A program made the position numbers and the translations under genes. A stretch of DNA of 64,000 nucleotides, taken from NCBI GenBank assembly GCA_023898585.1, contig CP060229.1, positions 526,763 to 590,762 on the forward strand. The letters run 5' to 3'. Positions 29,679 to 39,849 of the stretch are shown piece by piece. The stretch's first letter is position 1, and every line of letters begins with the position of its first letter. The notes under the pieces were generated by a model. That model made no database searches. It had not been told where the DNA came from and saw only the letters and a list, made by a program, of their open reading frames with translations. Origin of the DNA: Candidatus Nomurabacteria bacterium. Lineage in GTDB: Bacteria; Patescibacteriota; Minisyncoccia; Phycocordibacterales; UBA918.

Positions 29679-30473
29679 ATGAAGATTTTTTTCATCATTA
29701 TCCCCCAATTGTCTCTCATTTTTTCTGGTAAATCACTTAGTAGTTTGTTTGCTCTACTAATAAAATTTTATAAATTTTATCTTTATAAAAGAATCCTAAA
29801 AATCGATGTCGAGGTTACTCTAGATATAGAATATCGGGGATGTAAAACTAATTTTACATTGGTTAATTATCTAGATTTCTCGGTCCTTACCGAGGTCTTT
29901 ATCAATGAAGAATACAACTATTTTATATCGGAAGAATTAGTTTCGATACTCGATTTAGGAGCTCATGTAGGAGATTCGGCAATTTTTTACGCCGGTGGTT
30001 GTCCCAATTCGACTGTGTATGCAGTCGAACCATTTCCTGACAGTTATGCCAGATTGGTTGATAATACAAAGACGATTCCAAATATAAAGACATTTAAGTG
30101 CGCGATAGGAGCTACTGGTGGAAAAACTATGTTGAATCTTCACAACGGGGGTACACTAGGCAACTCTACTCTTGATCGAGAAGGAGACACTGGTCATATC
30201 GAGGTCAAAAAAATGTCAATCAAGGAACTAATGAACCAGGAAGGAATTATTAAATTTAGCTTGATTAAGTTCGATATTGAAGGCTCCGAATTTGAATTAT
30301 TTGAAGATCCTGATTTTTTCAACTATGCTGACATCTATGTTGGTGAAGTGCATACTGATTTGAATCCGAATTTCAATTTTGAACGATTCAAATCAAAGCT
30401 TAAGAATTTTAATTTTGAGTATGTATCCATGAAGAGAAGAGGCAGGTTTTTGTTAAAGGCGGTTAGAATATGA
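29679..30473 (+). CDS. FkbM-family methyltransferase
   Basis: ILDLGAHVGDSAIFYAG, then a KCAIGATGG...G segment and a FDIEGSEFE motif, as in FkbM-domain methyltransferases. AT-rich gene. Confidence 0.6.
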   Translation: MKIFFIIIPQLSLIFSGKSLSSLFALLIKFYKFYLYKRILKIDVEVTLDIEYRGCKTNFTLVNYLDFSVLTEVFINEEYNYFISEELVSILDLGAHVGDSAIFYAGGCPNSTVYAVEPFPDSYARLVDNTKTIPNIKTFKCAIGATGGKTMLNLHNGGTLGNSTLDREGDTGHIEVKKMSIKELMNQEGIIKFSLIKFDIEGSEFELFEDPDFFNYADIYVGEVHTDLNPNFNFERFKSKLKNFNFEYVSMKRRGRFLLKAVRI

Positions 30474-30527
30474 GATTGGAGGAGAGCGTGACTTTTTACT
30501 TTGTCAGAAAGTTAAATATGTGTAATA

Positions 30528-31391
30528 TTGGTTGAACATATGAAAATAGGATGCATAGGCCAGGGTTTTGTAGGGAAAAACACCGCCGACAATTTTGAAC
30601 ACAGAGGTTTTGAGGTGGTGCGTTATGCTCTCGAGCCGGAATACAAAGGAAACGCAAAGAAGATCGTTGAGTGTGACGTGGTTTTTATCGGAGTACCGAC
30701 CCCTACCACGCCAAAGGGATTTGACTACAGTATTGTTGAATCGGTGCTAAAGCTGGTGCCGGATGGAGGAGTTGCTGTAATAAAGTCCACCCTTTTGCCG
30801 GGCACAACCGCGAAACTGCAGGATCTTTATCCAAACAAAATCGTGCTTTTTTCGCCGGAATTTTTATGTGAAAAAACTGCAGCCTATGATGTTGCTAATC
30901 CGATGATGAATGTGATAGGACTATCGTATGACAGTGCCGGACACAGAAAGGCAGCCGAAGCTATCATGAAGATATTGCCAAAGTCTGATCATAATTTCAT
31001 TGTCTCTGCTCAAGCCGCGGAACTGTTCAAATATGCGCATAATCTCAACGGTTATTTCAGAGTCATACTGGCCAATTTGCTTCTGGAGGTAGGAGAAAAA
31101 ACCGATGTTAATTGGGCTGATGTAAAGACAATGATGGACAGTGATATCATGATGTCTCCATACTACAATACCCCTGTCCATAAGGGCGGTCGCGGAGCGG
31201 GAGGAAGCTGTTTTATTAAAGACATGGCCGCCTTCAGACACCTGTACGAAGAAAAGATAAAAGATGACCCGCTTGGTCTTGAGGTTCTCAAGATGTTGGA
31301 AAAGAAGAATTTGGAACTGCTCAGCAAAACAAACAAAGATCAAGCGTTGGTTAGTGGTGTTTACGGTGAATTAAAGAATAAGGACAAGTAA
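30528..31391 (+). CDS. UDP-glucose/GDP-mannose dehydrogenase family protein, short (287 aa) form
   Basis: N-terminal MKIGCIGQGFVGKN and VFIGVPTPT, catalytic-region SPEFLCEKTA, and the GAGGSCFIKD motif all match the nucleotide-sugar dehydrogenase family. The C-terminal UDP-binding domain is short or absent. Confidence 0.65.
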   Translation: MVEHMKIGCIGQGFVGKNTADNFEHRGFEVVRYALEPEYKGNAKKIVECDVVFIGVPTPTTPKGFDYSIVESVLKLVPDGGVAVIKSTLLPGTTAKLQDLYPNKIVLFSPEFLCEKTAAYDVANPMMNVIGLSYDSAGHRKAAEAIMKILPKSDHNFIVSAQAAELFKYAHNLNGYFRVILANLLLEVGEKTDVNWADVKTMMDSDIMMSPYYNTPVHKGGRGAGGSCFIKDMAAFRHLYEEKIKDDPLGLEVLKMLEKKNLELLSKTNKDQALVSGVYGELKNKDK

Positions 31392-31398
31392 TTTTATT

Positions 31399-32337
31399 AT
31401 GCATTATTTGGTAACAGGTGGAGCCGGTTTCATTGGTACTAATTTGTGTGAAGAATTGGTGCGTAAAGAGAATAAGGTATCTGTTATCGATAATTTGTGT
31501 ATCAGCAATACCAATGTGCCTTTTTTGACAGACATAGGAGTTATTTTGTATAAAAAAGACATAATCAATTTTGAAGATATAAAAACCTGCTTCAAAGGAG
31601 TGGATGTAGTGGTGCATTTAGCAGCGATGAACCGTGCTCAAAGAAGTATCGAAATGCCACTTGAAGCAAATGAGGTGAACATTAAAGGAACCCTAAATTG
31701 TCTCGAATCAGCAAGACAACACGGGGTAAAGCGGTTTGTTAATATCTCCTCCTCCTCCGTGTACGCAAACCAGAGGGATGTTTTATTGCAGGAGGATATG
31801 CCTCTTGCTCCACCACATCCCTATGGAGTTGGTAAATTGGCCGGAGAGCACTACGCCAGGATATATAACGAACTGTATGGTCTTAAAACCGTTTCTTTGC
31901 GCTTTTTCAGTGTTTACGGCCCAAGGCAATTAGGGTCGATTGATAAAGCCGGAGTGGTGGCTAAGTTTATTCATCACGCGATGAAAGATCTGCCGTTGGA
32001 GATTTATGGTGATGGTACTCAGTTGAGGAATTTTAGTTATGTCTCGGATGTGGTTCGGTGTGTATTGAAAGCCTGTGAAAAAGACGAGGCGGTAGGAGAA
32101 ATTATAAATGTAGCCAATGAGAGGGAAGTAGATGTAAACTATTTGGCGTCGGTGGTAAAGAAAGTGGTCGGAAAAGAAGTGGAAATTAAACACACAACTG
32201 CATTGAAAGGCGACCCTTCCCGCAACCCGGCCGATACTAAAAAATGCGAAAAATTACTAAGCTTCACTCCCGGACTTTCGTTTGAAGAGGGTGTAGAAAA
32301 GACTTATGAATGGTACAAACAAACAACCCTCTCTTAA
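31399..32337 (+). CDS. NAD-dependent sugar-nucleotide 4-epimerase/dehydratase (SDR)
   Basis: MHYLVTGGAGFIGTNLCEELV. YxxxK motif YGVGKLAGE. Confidence 0.8.
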   Translation: MHYLVTGGAGFIGTNLCEELVRKENKVSVIDNLCISNTNVPFLTDIGVILYKKDIINFEDIKTCFKGVDVVVHLAAMNRAQRSIEMPLEANEVNIKGTLNCLESARQHGVKRFVNISSSSVYANQRDVLLQEDMPLAPPHPYGVGKLAGEHYARIYNELYGLKTVSLRFFSVYGPRQLGSIDKAGVVAKFIHHAMKDLPLEIYGDGTQLRNFSYVSDVVRCVLKACEKDEAVGEIINVANEREVDVNYLASVVKKVVGKEVEIKHTTALKGDPSRNPADTKKCEKLLSFTPGLSFEEGVEKTYEWYKQTTLS

Positions 32338-32338
32338 A

Positions 32339-33475
32339 ATGAATATTTTATATTTATCCAGTGTACGCATTCCTTCCGAACAAGCATCAGGATTGGCGAT
32401 CGTGAGACAATGTCAAGCATTTGTTGATAATGGAAACAGTTTGGATTTACTAATTCCCGTTCGTCTCTCGTCGATTCAGTCATCAATCGAAAAAGTCTAT
32501 GGCATAACACCTAATTTCTCGGTGGTGGAAATAAAATCTTTTTTCTTATATTCGCTTGGAAAGGTCGGTTTCTACTTTATGTTGCTGATAGAATCGCTAA
32601 AGATGCTTTGGTATTATTTCAAGAGGGGTGGTCAATTCGATATTGTCTATTCCAGAGATCAGCGTTTGTTGTTTCCGTTTGTACTTTTTGGCTTGTCCAA
32701 AAAGTGCTTTCTTGAACTACATACCAAGCAATCGGATTTTATTACTAAACTCGTCGCAAAACGTGCCAAGAAGTTAATCGTAATTTCGGAAGGACTTAAA
32801 GAGTATTACGCCCATTTAACGAAAAGAGATAGCATTTTAATGCTACCAAGTGGAGTTGATTTGGAGCAGTTCAAAGATTTACCCGAACAAAGTGTTTTGA
32901 AGCGCAAATTTGGACTGCCACATGATAAAATTGTTTACGCCTATATAGGTAAATACAAAACAATGGGAGAGAGTAAGGGGGTGGAAGAAATAATTCAGGC
33001 TTTTGCTCTCGCCCGCAAAGAACTAAAAAATATCCATTTACTGATAGTCGGACTCGAGGAATCGGAAAAAAAAGAAGTGTTGGGAATAATGGAAGAATGT
33101 TCTTTGTCTCGTGATTCTTACTCCTTAATGCCTCTTGACCAAAGAATCTTTGCCGAGTATCTAATGGCGAGCGACGTCTTATTGATGAATTATCCCAACA
33201 CCGAGCATTACGCGAAATATATGTCACCGACTAAATTATTCGCGTACCTTGCCTCAGGGAAGCCTATAATATCGAGTGACTTGCCGTCTTTGCGTTTAAT
33301 TGTCACAAACAAAGAAGTCGTCTTTGTTTCGACAGATGAAGTTTCAGTATTCGTGAAAGAAATAGTAGATATGGCAAAATATATTGATGTAGCTGAGTCG
33401 TTATCAAGCGAAAGAACCAGGTCAGTTTCTAGGTATAATTGGCAGGCCAGAGCAGAGAGAATACTCACCTTTTAA
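32339..33475 (+). CDS. GT4-like glycosyltransferase
   Basis: ATG at 32339 overlaps the upstream stop (TAAAATG). GT-B layout (MNILYLSSVRIPSEQASGLAIV ... LIVGLEESEKKEVLG...). Confidence 0.65.
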   Translation: MNILYLSSVRIPSEQASGLAIVRQCQAFVDNGNSLDLLIPVRLSSIQSSIEKVYGITPNFSVVEIKSFFLYSLGKVGFYFMLLIESLKMLWYYFKRGGQFDIVYSRDQRLLFPFVLFGLSKKCFLELHTKQSDFITKLVAKRAKKLIVISEGLKEYYAHLTKRDSILMLPSGVDLEQFKDLPEQSVLKRKFGLPHDKIVYAYIGKYKTMGESKGVEEIIQAFALARKELKNIHLLIVGLEESEKKEVLGIMEECSLSRDSYSLMPLDQRIFAEYLMASDVLLMNYPNTEHYAKYMSPTKLFAYLASGKPIISSDLPSLRLIVTNKEVVFVSTDEVSVFVKEIVDMAKYIDVAESLSSERTRSVSRYNWQARAERILTF

Positions 33476-33496
33476 TCAACTGAAAATTTTGTTTTT

Positions 33497-34306
33497 ATGA
33501 ATATGCAACAACACCCAAATACCATACCTGACTTAATTCCGTCTCGATTCTACAAGTTTGTTTTTTATTTGCTAAAAATTTATTTTGGACTAATGCGTCG
33601 CATCGGTCTTTCAAATGAGATACCATTTTTTATAAAGTTTCCACTCAGTTACCAGAATAAAAACTTTGAATTCCATATAAAATATCAACTCGATTTTGAC
33701 TTAATAAAAGACACTTTCATTAAACAAGAATACATAGTTCATGATAGTGATACTTGTGGCACTCGTACTATTTTTGATTTGGGTAGCAATATAGGTGCTA
33801 CTGTTGTTTTTTTTAAACTTCTGTGGCCGGAAGCAACTGTGTACGCTTTTGAGCCAGATCCACGTAATATTGAATCTTTAGAGAGGAATGTTGCACAATT
33901 TGGTGAGTCAGTTATTGTCGTGAGAAAAGCAGTCGTGCCAAATCGTACAAATAGAATTACTTTTTATCAGGCAAGAAGAAACCACTGGTCTTCTAGTACA
34001 ATTAAGCGTGATTGTGCCACTACAGAACTTACCGTACCAGCAATCACACTATGTGATGCAATGAAGACATATAACATCAGTACAATTGATGTATGTAAAT
34101 TCGACATCGAAGGTGGAGAGTTCGAGGTTTTTAGTAATTTTAACGACAAAGACAAGATAAGTGTGTTGATTGGTGAATTACATTATGAATTAATGAGACA
34201 TACAAAAAAAGAGTTCATTGATCTTTTTCCAAAGCATGAATTTGTAGAAACAAGACCCGGTGAAGTAGTGGTTCTGAATAAAAAAACAGTTACTAAAGAA
34301 ATATGA
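33497..34306 (+). CDS. FkbM-family methyltransferase (second copy)
   Basis: IFDLGSNIGATVVFF, then a KAVV segment and CKFDIEGGEFEVF. Confidence 0.6.
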   Translation: MNMQQHPNTIPDLIPSRFYKFVFYLLKIYFGLMRRIGLSNEIPFFIKFPLSYQNKNFEFHIKYQLDFDLIKDTFIKQEYIVHDSDTCGTRTIFDLGSNIGATVVFFKLLWPEATVYAFEPDPRNIESLERNVAQFGESVIVVRKAVVPNRTNRITFYQARRNHWSSSTIKRDCATTELTVPAITLCDAMKTYNISTIDVCKFDIEGGEFEVFSNFNDKDKISVLIGELHYELMRHTKKEFIDLFPKHEFVETRPGEVVVLNKKTVTKEI

Positions 34307-35010
34307 TACTCAACCTCTGTTATCATTCGGTTAGCTACACCGATTACATGTATTCAATATCACCTGAATTGTTCGAGAGACAGTTGAAAATGCTTTCCAA
34401 AAAATTTAAAATAATAAGTGTTCAAGAGCTAGTGGAGAGGATTCGTTCTAATAATCTTGGTAAAGAAGATTATGCCACTGTTACTTTCGATGATGGACTG
34501 GAAGACAACTATACAAATGCTTTCCCTATACTACAAAAATTAAGCATCCCAGCGACCATATTTATAATAACTGATCTGATAGGTAAGGTGCACACCAATC
34601 CTTCTGGTTTTGAGTCACGATTCATTTCTTGGGAACATGCGCGTTCATTATGTGACAGTGGTTTGGTATCAATTGAGTCCCACACACATACTCACCCCTA
34701 CTTGACAACAATACCGAATCAGGCCATTCAAAGAGAAGTATCAAACTCTAAGAGTTTGATCAAGAAAGAACTTGGTCATGTTTCTAAAATACTGGCCTAC
34801 CCAAAAGGCGATTTTGATGAAAGGGTAATCAAAAACATCTGCCCCACAATAGACGCAGCCTTTGGGCCGAGTGGTGTTTTATTGAAAGGTGAACAATGTG
34901 ATGTCTATGCAATTCCTAGGGTTATTCTTTCAAAGAAAATAGGATTGGTGAAATATTATGCTTTACTACATCCAATATCCTGGCGAATTAAGAGGTTATG
35001 TTGCAAATAA
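34303..35010 (+). CDS. Polysaccharide deacetylase (NodB/CE4) family
   Basis: VTFDDGLEDNYTNAFPILQKLSIPATIFII (TFDDG motif) and a His-rich ESHTHTHPYL. Confidence 0.7.
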   Translation: MILNLCYHSVSYTDYMYSISPELFERQLKMLSKKFKIISVQELVERIRSNNLGKEDYATVTFDDGLEDNYTNAFPILQKLSIPATIFIITDLIGKVHTNPSGFESRFISWEHARSLCDSGLVSIESHTHTHPYLTTIPNQAIQREVSNSKSLIKKELGHVSKILAYPKGDFDERVIKNICPTIDAAFGPSGVLLKGEQCDVYAIPRVILSKKIGLVKYYALLHPISWRIKRLCCK

Positions 35011-35957
35011 CAACCATGAAGATATCAATTATCATACCAACTTATAACAGGAAAAAAGAACTGACTCGATCTATAGACAGTGTCTTGTCACAAACATACA
35101 AAAATATTGAACTACTAGTTGTAGATGATGCTTCCTCAGATTTCACCAATGAATATTTTTTGGGTGATGGTAAGTATGCAAACAATCCCAAAATTATATA
35201 CATTCGCATGCTCAAAAATGGAGGTGTACACAACGCACGCAACCGGGGGATACAATCAGCGACTGGAGAATTCATTGCCTTTCTCGATAGTGACGACGAA
35301 TTATTGCCGAACACTCTCTCTATTGTTGCGGGGGTGACAGAAAGAGATAAAGAAATTGATTTCATATTGGGACCGTTCTGGACAGATAAGGGAGAGGTCA
35401 CGGGTATTGACCTTTCAAATAGTCAGTACTTAAACCCATCGCGATATGTGTGCAGTATTACACATCACCATCACAAGACATGTTTTGTGATGGTGAGGTC
35501 AACCATAGCCCGGGAAAATGAGTTCAAAGTGCAGAATCTGGACTTCATGTTTTACCGTTACGTCGCTCGGAAGTGTAGGAAGATCTACTATCTTTCTACT
35601 TGTTTAGGTATTTATCACACAGAACAAAGCGATATGACTAAAGCAAGGCGTGCTCCTAACATAAACCTCTCAATTTGCCGAGCCAAGGCGTTGGTACGGT
35701 TTGTAAGAGACTTTGAAAATGAGATGAACGAATATTGTCCAGCCAAACTAGCCCCATATGCGTACGGTGCTGCCGTGGGTCTCATGCTTGATAATCAACA
35801 TATGGAGGCTGTGAAAATGGCACGGAAGGCGGCTCTTAATGGTCGTCAGAGTCGATATGTTTGTTTTTTACTTTTAACGCTTTTACCGTTTTCTCCCTTA
35901 ATACTCCGACTCTTATTTAATATAAAAAAATATATCTACGAACGGAACATATATTAA
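34998..35957 (+). CDS. Glycosyltransferase family 2
   Basis: ISIIIPTYNRKKELTRSIDSVLSQTYKNIELLVVDDASSD and a DSDD (DxD) motif. Confidence 0.8.
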   Translation: MLQITTMKISIIIPTYNRKKELTRSIDSVLSQTYKNIELLVVDDASSDFTNEYFLGDGKYANNPKIIYIRMLKNGGVHNARNRGIQSATGEFIAFLDSDDELLPNTLSIVAGVTERDKEIDFILGPFWTDKGEVTGIDLSNSQYLNPSRYVCSITHHHHKTCFVMVRSTIARENEFKVQNLDFMFYRYVARKCRKIYYLSTCLGIYHTEQSDMTKARRAPNINLSICRAKALVRFVRDFENEMNEYCPAKLAPYAYGAAVGLMLDNQHMEAVKMARKAALNGRQSRYVCFLLLTLLPFSPLILRLLFNIKKYIYERNIY

Positions 35958-35997
35958 AAAAATGAGGCGGTACTCATCCGAATGTCAAATTATACTT

Positions 35998-37245
35998 TCA
36001 GTATGTGTTTGGAGGACTCATTCTGAAAAATATGTAGAAAGAAATCGAGACCGTAATAACCTTTTGTATTATTATCGCAAAAACAAGTCCATATATGCCG
36101 AAAAAATAAGTGGCAGGAATGAGCAGAATTAAGTCCATGGTTATGTTCAGTACATTTAAAACATACATGGCCTTAATTTTTTTCTTAGCTTTAAGAATTG
36201 TATGTGTGACCACGGTAATGGCTGTGAGAATAAGACTTACGGAAAGTATTTGGGTATAAATTATTGATTCTGTATAAGTTGGGAACAGAATTTTAAAAAC
36301 GTGAGGTATTGTTAAAATGTAAATTATCACTCCGAGTGAAATGGTTAAAATGAAAGGGAAGAGTTTTTTCAAGAAACCCTTTAGGTTTGGCATGTCCCAA
36401 GAATCCTTTGCTATTTTTGGCATAAATAGCGTTTCAATGAATTTAAGAAAAGGTCTTATTTGTTCGATCGGGGCCAGCGCAAATGAGTACACAGCCAATC
36501 CGACCGGGCCGAGAAAGTGCCAAAGCGCAATTCCTTGTAGCGACCCTGTTATCACGCCTAAACCACCCATTACACTCAAATGCATACCATCCGACAAATC
36601 GGTGTCTTTGTCGCTATCAACAGGTGGATACTTTTTGAGATTGACGTACATGTAAATACCGTTCAATAGCGTTGAAGTTGCGATAAAAGTGGCTACTAGC
36701 ATCCAAGTCTGGTCGGTATAAAATATTGCCAATAGTAACAACAATGAAGAAATTATTCTGATTTGGATGATATTATTTGCCACCACTTTAAATAGCTTCT
36801 TGCCGGACAAATACGCTTGGTAGGCGGTAAAACTGTCGTTGAAGGGAATGAATAAGGAGACAATAAGGAGAGTAACGGAAAATTCTGTATTGCCTTGTAG
36901 TAAGTAGTAGGCGCTTGTCATTAAACAAAAGACAGAGCCTATGAAACCCCATTTGATTTTCTTCTTTATTCCTGTATATACATTGCTTTCTGCCCCACGA
37001 CCGGCACTCCGACTGATTGCTGTATTCATTCCGGTTAGAGTGAACACGGAAAAAATGCTTATTAAAGTTAAAAAATACTTATAGGTACCGTAGCTCTCTT
37101 GGGAGACAAAATGAGCAAAGGCGGAGGCAAGTAAAATCGTGGTTACAAAACTGATAATCTGCGACACTACAAGCCAACCACCGTTTTTAGCTAAATAAGA
37201 CAGGTCAGTATTGAAAAATTTTTGTATTTTTTGTGGGAGAGACAT
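35998..37245 (-). CDS. Polysaccharide/oligosaccharide flippase (Wzx/MOP superfamily) multi-pass membrane protein
   Basis: About 12 predicted TM segments, on the - strand. Start taken at ATG 37245 (MSLPQKIQKFF...), with the upstream in-frame codons discarded. Confidence 0.65.
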   Translation of the reverse strand: MSLPQKIQKFFNTDLSYLAKNGGWLVVSQIISFVTTILLASAFAHFVSQESYGTYKYFLTLISIFSVFTLTGMNTAISRSAGRGAESNVYTGIKKKIKWGFIGSVFCLMTSAYYLLQGNTEFSVTLLIVSLFIPFNDSFTAYQAYLSGKKLFKVVANNIIQIRIISSLLLLLAIFYTDQTWMLVATFIATSTLLNGIYMYVNLKKYPPVDSDKDTDLSDGMHLSVMGGLGVITGSLQGIALWHFLGPVGLAVYSFALAPIEQIRPFLKFIETLFMPKIAKDSWDMPNLKGFLKKLFPFILTISLGVIIYILTIPHVFKILFPTYTESIIYTQILSVSLILTAITVVTHTILKAKKKIKAMYVLNVLNITMDLILLIPATYFFGIYGLVFAIIIQKVITVSISFYIFFRMSPPNTY

Positions 37246-37374
37246 CTTGTTTGTTTTGTTATAGTAACTTACTATAACAGGTGTTGAAAGGGTTAGGTTG
37301 TTTAGTCTTGGTTTTATCAGTAATTGTACGGAAAGAGTAACGCAAGATTCTGACAATAAAGTACAATAGTATTT

Positions 37375-37845
37375 ATGTATACGAGAATTTTTCTTTATTT
37401 AGATATAATGATGAGCAGGGTTAGAACTAAACATTACAGCAGAATGTTTGGTTCTCTCGGTAAGGATTCTAAAATCTTGGGAAAAATTGAGGTTATTGTG
37501 CCGGAAAATGTACATTTAGGTGATGGTAGTAGCTTAAATGTAGGTGTCTTTTTGAATGCTCGAACCAAAATATTAATAGGCAATAACGTCCATGTATCAC
37601 CATACGTTATAATAAATACAGGCTTTCTAGATTATCATAAAAAGGGTGAAAATAGACATCACTTGTCCAGTCCTGTTTCGATTTGTGACGGCGTTTGGAT
37701 TGGGTCGGGAGCAATTATTAATCCTGGTGTCACAGTGGGATTGAATTCAGTGGTTGGTGCTGGAGCAGTGGTCACGAAAGACATTCCTCCTAATTGTGTT
37801 GCTGTTGGCGTTCCTGCTAAGGTAATAAAGGAAATTAGTTTATGA
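37375..37845 (+). CDS. Hexapeptide-repeat (left-handed beta-helix) sugar O-acetyltransferase
   Basis: VWIGSGAIINPGVTVGLNSVVGAGAVVTKDIPPNCVAVGVPAKVIKE. Confidence 0.75.
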   Translation: MYTRIFLYLDIMMSRVRTKHYSRMFGSLGKDSKILGKIEVIVPENVHLGDGSSLNVGVFLNARTKILIGNNVHVSPYVIINTGFLDYHKKGENRHHLSSPVSICDGVWIGSGAIINPGVTVGLNSVVGAGAVVTKDIPPNCVAVGVPAKVIKEISL

Positions 37846-39761
37846 AAATAGATGATAAATCATGTTCTGATTTAGGTAAAAAATATAAAGAAAAATATTT
37901 TGAATCAATAAAAAACCCGGAAAAATTTTGGAAAGAAATCGCCTTATCAAGACTTGATTGGGAAAAAGTTCCCACCGAGTTTTATTCTGGTAATTTGGTT
38001 AATGGGGACGCCAAATGGTTTGCGGACGGTAGACTGAATGTTAGCTATAATTGCATAGACCGACATGTGCTAGCTGGCCTCGGAGGTAGAGTAGCATACT
38101 ATTACGAATCTGACAGTGGTTTAAGACAAGTCATCACTTATAATGATTTGCTGGAAAATGTTTCCAGACTTGCAAATGTGCTTAAATCCCAAAATATTAA
38201 AAAGGGTGACACAGTGTGTATTTATATGCCTTCTATTCCTGAAGCAATTTACTCTATGTTGGCATGTACTAGAATCGGGGCTATACACTCAGTAGTGTTT
38301 GCTGGGTTTTCATTGGAATCTTTAAAAAAAAGGATTGATGATGCTGAGTGCAATGCAATTATCACAGTCGATTCTTTTTTTCGTGGGGGGAAAGAAATCA
38401 TTCTGTTTGAACGAATAAAATCTGTACTTGATGAATGTCAGTCTCTGAAAAAAATTTTAATTTCGCCAAGATCAACAGATTTTATGTCTGTTGATGAAAG
38501 AGTAATTAATCTTGCCAAGGCGATGGTCGAAGTTTCTAATGTTTGCGCGCCAGAATGGATGTTTGGTGAGGATCCATTATTTATACTTTACACTTCAGGT
38601 TCCACTGGAAGTCCGAAAGGGGTACTACACACCACAGCAGGATACTTGTTGTATGTCACCTATACACATGAACAAAGTTTTGATTTGAGAAGTAACGATA
38701 TATATTGGTCTGCTTCAGATATAGGCTGGATAACGGGACACTCATATTTAGTGTATGGCCCTTTATCTAATGGCACCACGTCTATATTATTCGATGGAGT
38801 TCCTAGTCATCCGAGTCCTTCTCGAGTTTGGGATATGATTGATCGTTACAAAGTAAGTATATATTATAGTACACCTACTATAATTCGTTCCTTACAAAGA
38901 GCGGGTGATGAGTTTTTAAAATCATCAAAAAGGGAAAGTTTACGTATCTTAGGTTCAGTTGGTGAGCCAATTAATCCGGAAGCATGGCGGTGGCTGGACG
39001 ATAGAATTGGTAATAATAAATGTATTATTGTCGACACATGGTGGCAGACTGAGACTGGAGGACACGCCTTGTTACCACTGCCTGGTGTGGTGAAGACTAA
39101 ACCTGGTGCCGCTATGCTCCCATTTTATGGCGTTGAACCAGTAATTGTAAATTTAAAAGGGAAAGTTATATCATCTCCTTATGTACCAGGATCCCTTTTG
39201 TTGAAAGGTGCTTGGCCTGGTCACTTACGTGGTCTATACAAGGATCGTGATAGGTTTATAAATAATTATTTAATTCCATATCCAGGATATTTTTATACTG
39301 GAGATTCTGCTTATATAGATGAAGATGGACATATCTGGGTAAATGGCAGAATTGACGATGTCCTTAATATAGCAGGTCGCCTAATCGGCACCGCCGAATT
39401 GGAAAGCTCAATAGTTTCTCATCCATGTGCGACTGAGGCCGCTGCTGTAGCAGGTCCAGATGAGGTAAAAGGCTCTTGTATTCATGTCTTTGTTCTTTTG
39501 CGAAATGGAACTTTGTCTAGTTCAAGATTGACTGACGAATTAAAGTCATGTGTTGCAGGGTGTATTGGATCATTTGCTAAACCAGATTACATTCATATCG
39601 TTGAGTCACTACCAAAAACCCGTTCAGGTAAAATCATGCGTAGAATTTTACGTAAGATAGTCCATGATGAAGTTGATGATTTTGGAGATATTTCTACTTT
39701 ATCTAATTCGGAGTCTGTTTCGCAACTGACAGAATATTGGGATGTCTTTAGGAATGGATGA
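37842..39761 (+). CDS. acs: Acetyl-coenzyme A synthetase (AMP-forming)
   Basis: Acs-specific N-terminal domain (FWKEIA...WEKVPTEFYSGN...KWFADGRLNVSYNCIDRH). AMP-binding motif YTSGSTGSPKGV. Hinge/A10 region PKTRSGKIMRR. Confidence 0.85.
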   Translation: MKIDDKSCSDLGKKYKEKYFESIKNPEKFWKEIALSRLDWEKVPTEFYSGNLVNGDAKWFADGRLNVSYNCIDRHVLAGLGGRVAYYYESDSGLRQVITYNDLLENVSRLANVLKSQNIKKGDTVCIYMPSIPEAIYSMLACTRIGAIHSVVFAGFSLESLKKRIDDAECNAIITVDSFFRGGKEIILFERIKSVLDECQSLKKILISPRSTDFMSVDERVINLAKAMVEVSNVCAPEWMFGEDPLFILYTSGSTGSPKGVLHTTAGYLLYVTYTHEQSFDLRSNDIYWSASDIGWITGHSYLVYGPLSNGTTSILFDGVPSHPSPSRVWDMIDRYKVSIYYSTPTIIRSLQRAGDEFLKSSKRESLRILGSVGEPINPEAWRWLDDRIGNNKCIIVDTWWQTETGGHALLPLPGVVKTKPGAAMLPFYGVEPVIVNLKGKVISSPYVPGSLLLKGAWPGHLRGLYKDRDRFINNYLIPYPGYFYTGDSAYIDEDGHIWVNGRIDDVLNIAGRLIGTAELESSIVSHPCATEAAAVAGPDEVKGSCIHVFVLLRNGTLSSSRLTDELKSCVAGCIGSFAKPDYIHIVESLPKTRSGKIMRRILRKIVHDEVDDFGDISTLSNSESVSQLTEYWDVFRNG

Positions 39762-39849
39762 TAATCAAAACCTTATTAACATCCTTATATTACCGTAAAA
39801 AATTAAAGTGATAGACTAATTTTCATTAGACACTAATTTTAGTCAAATA

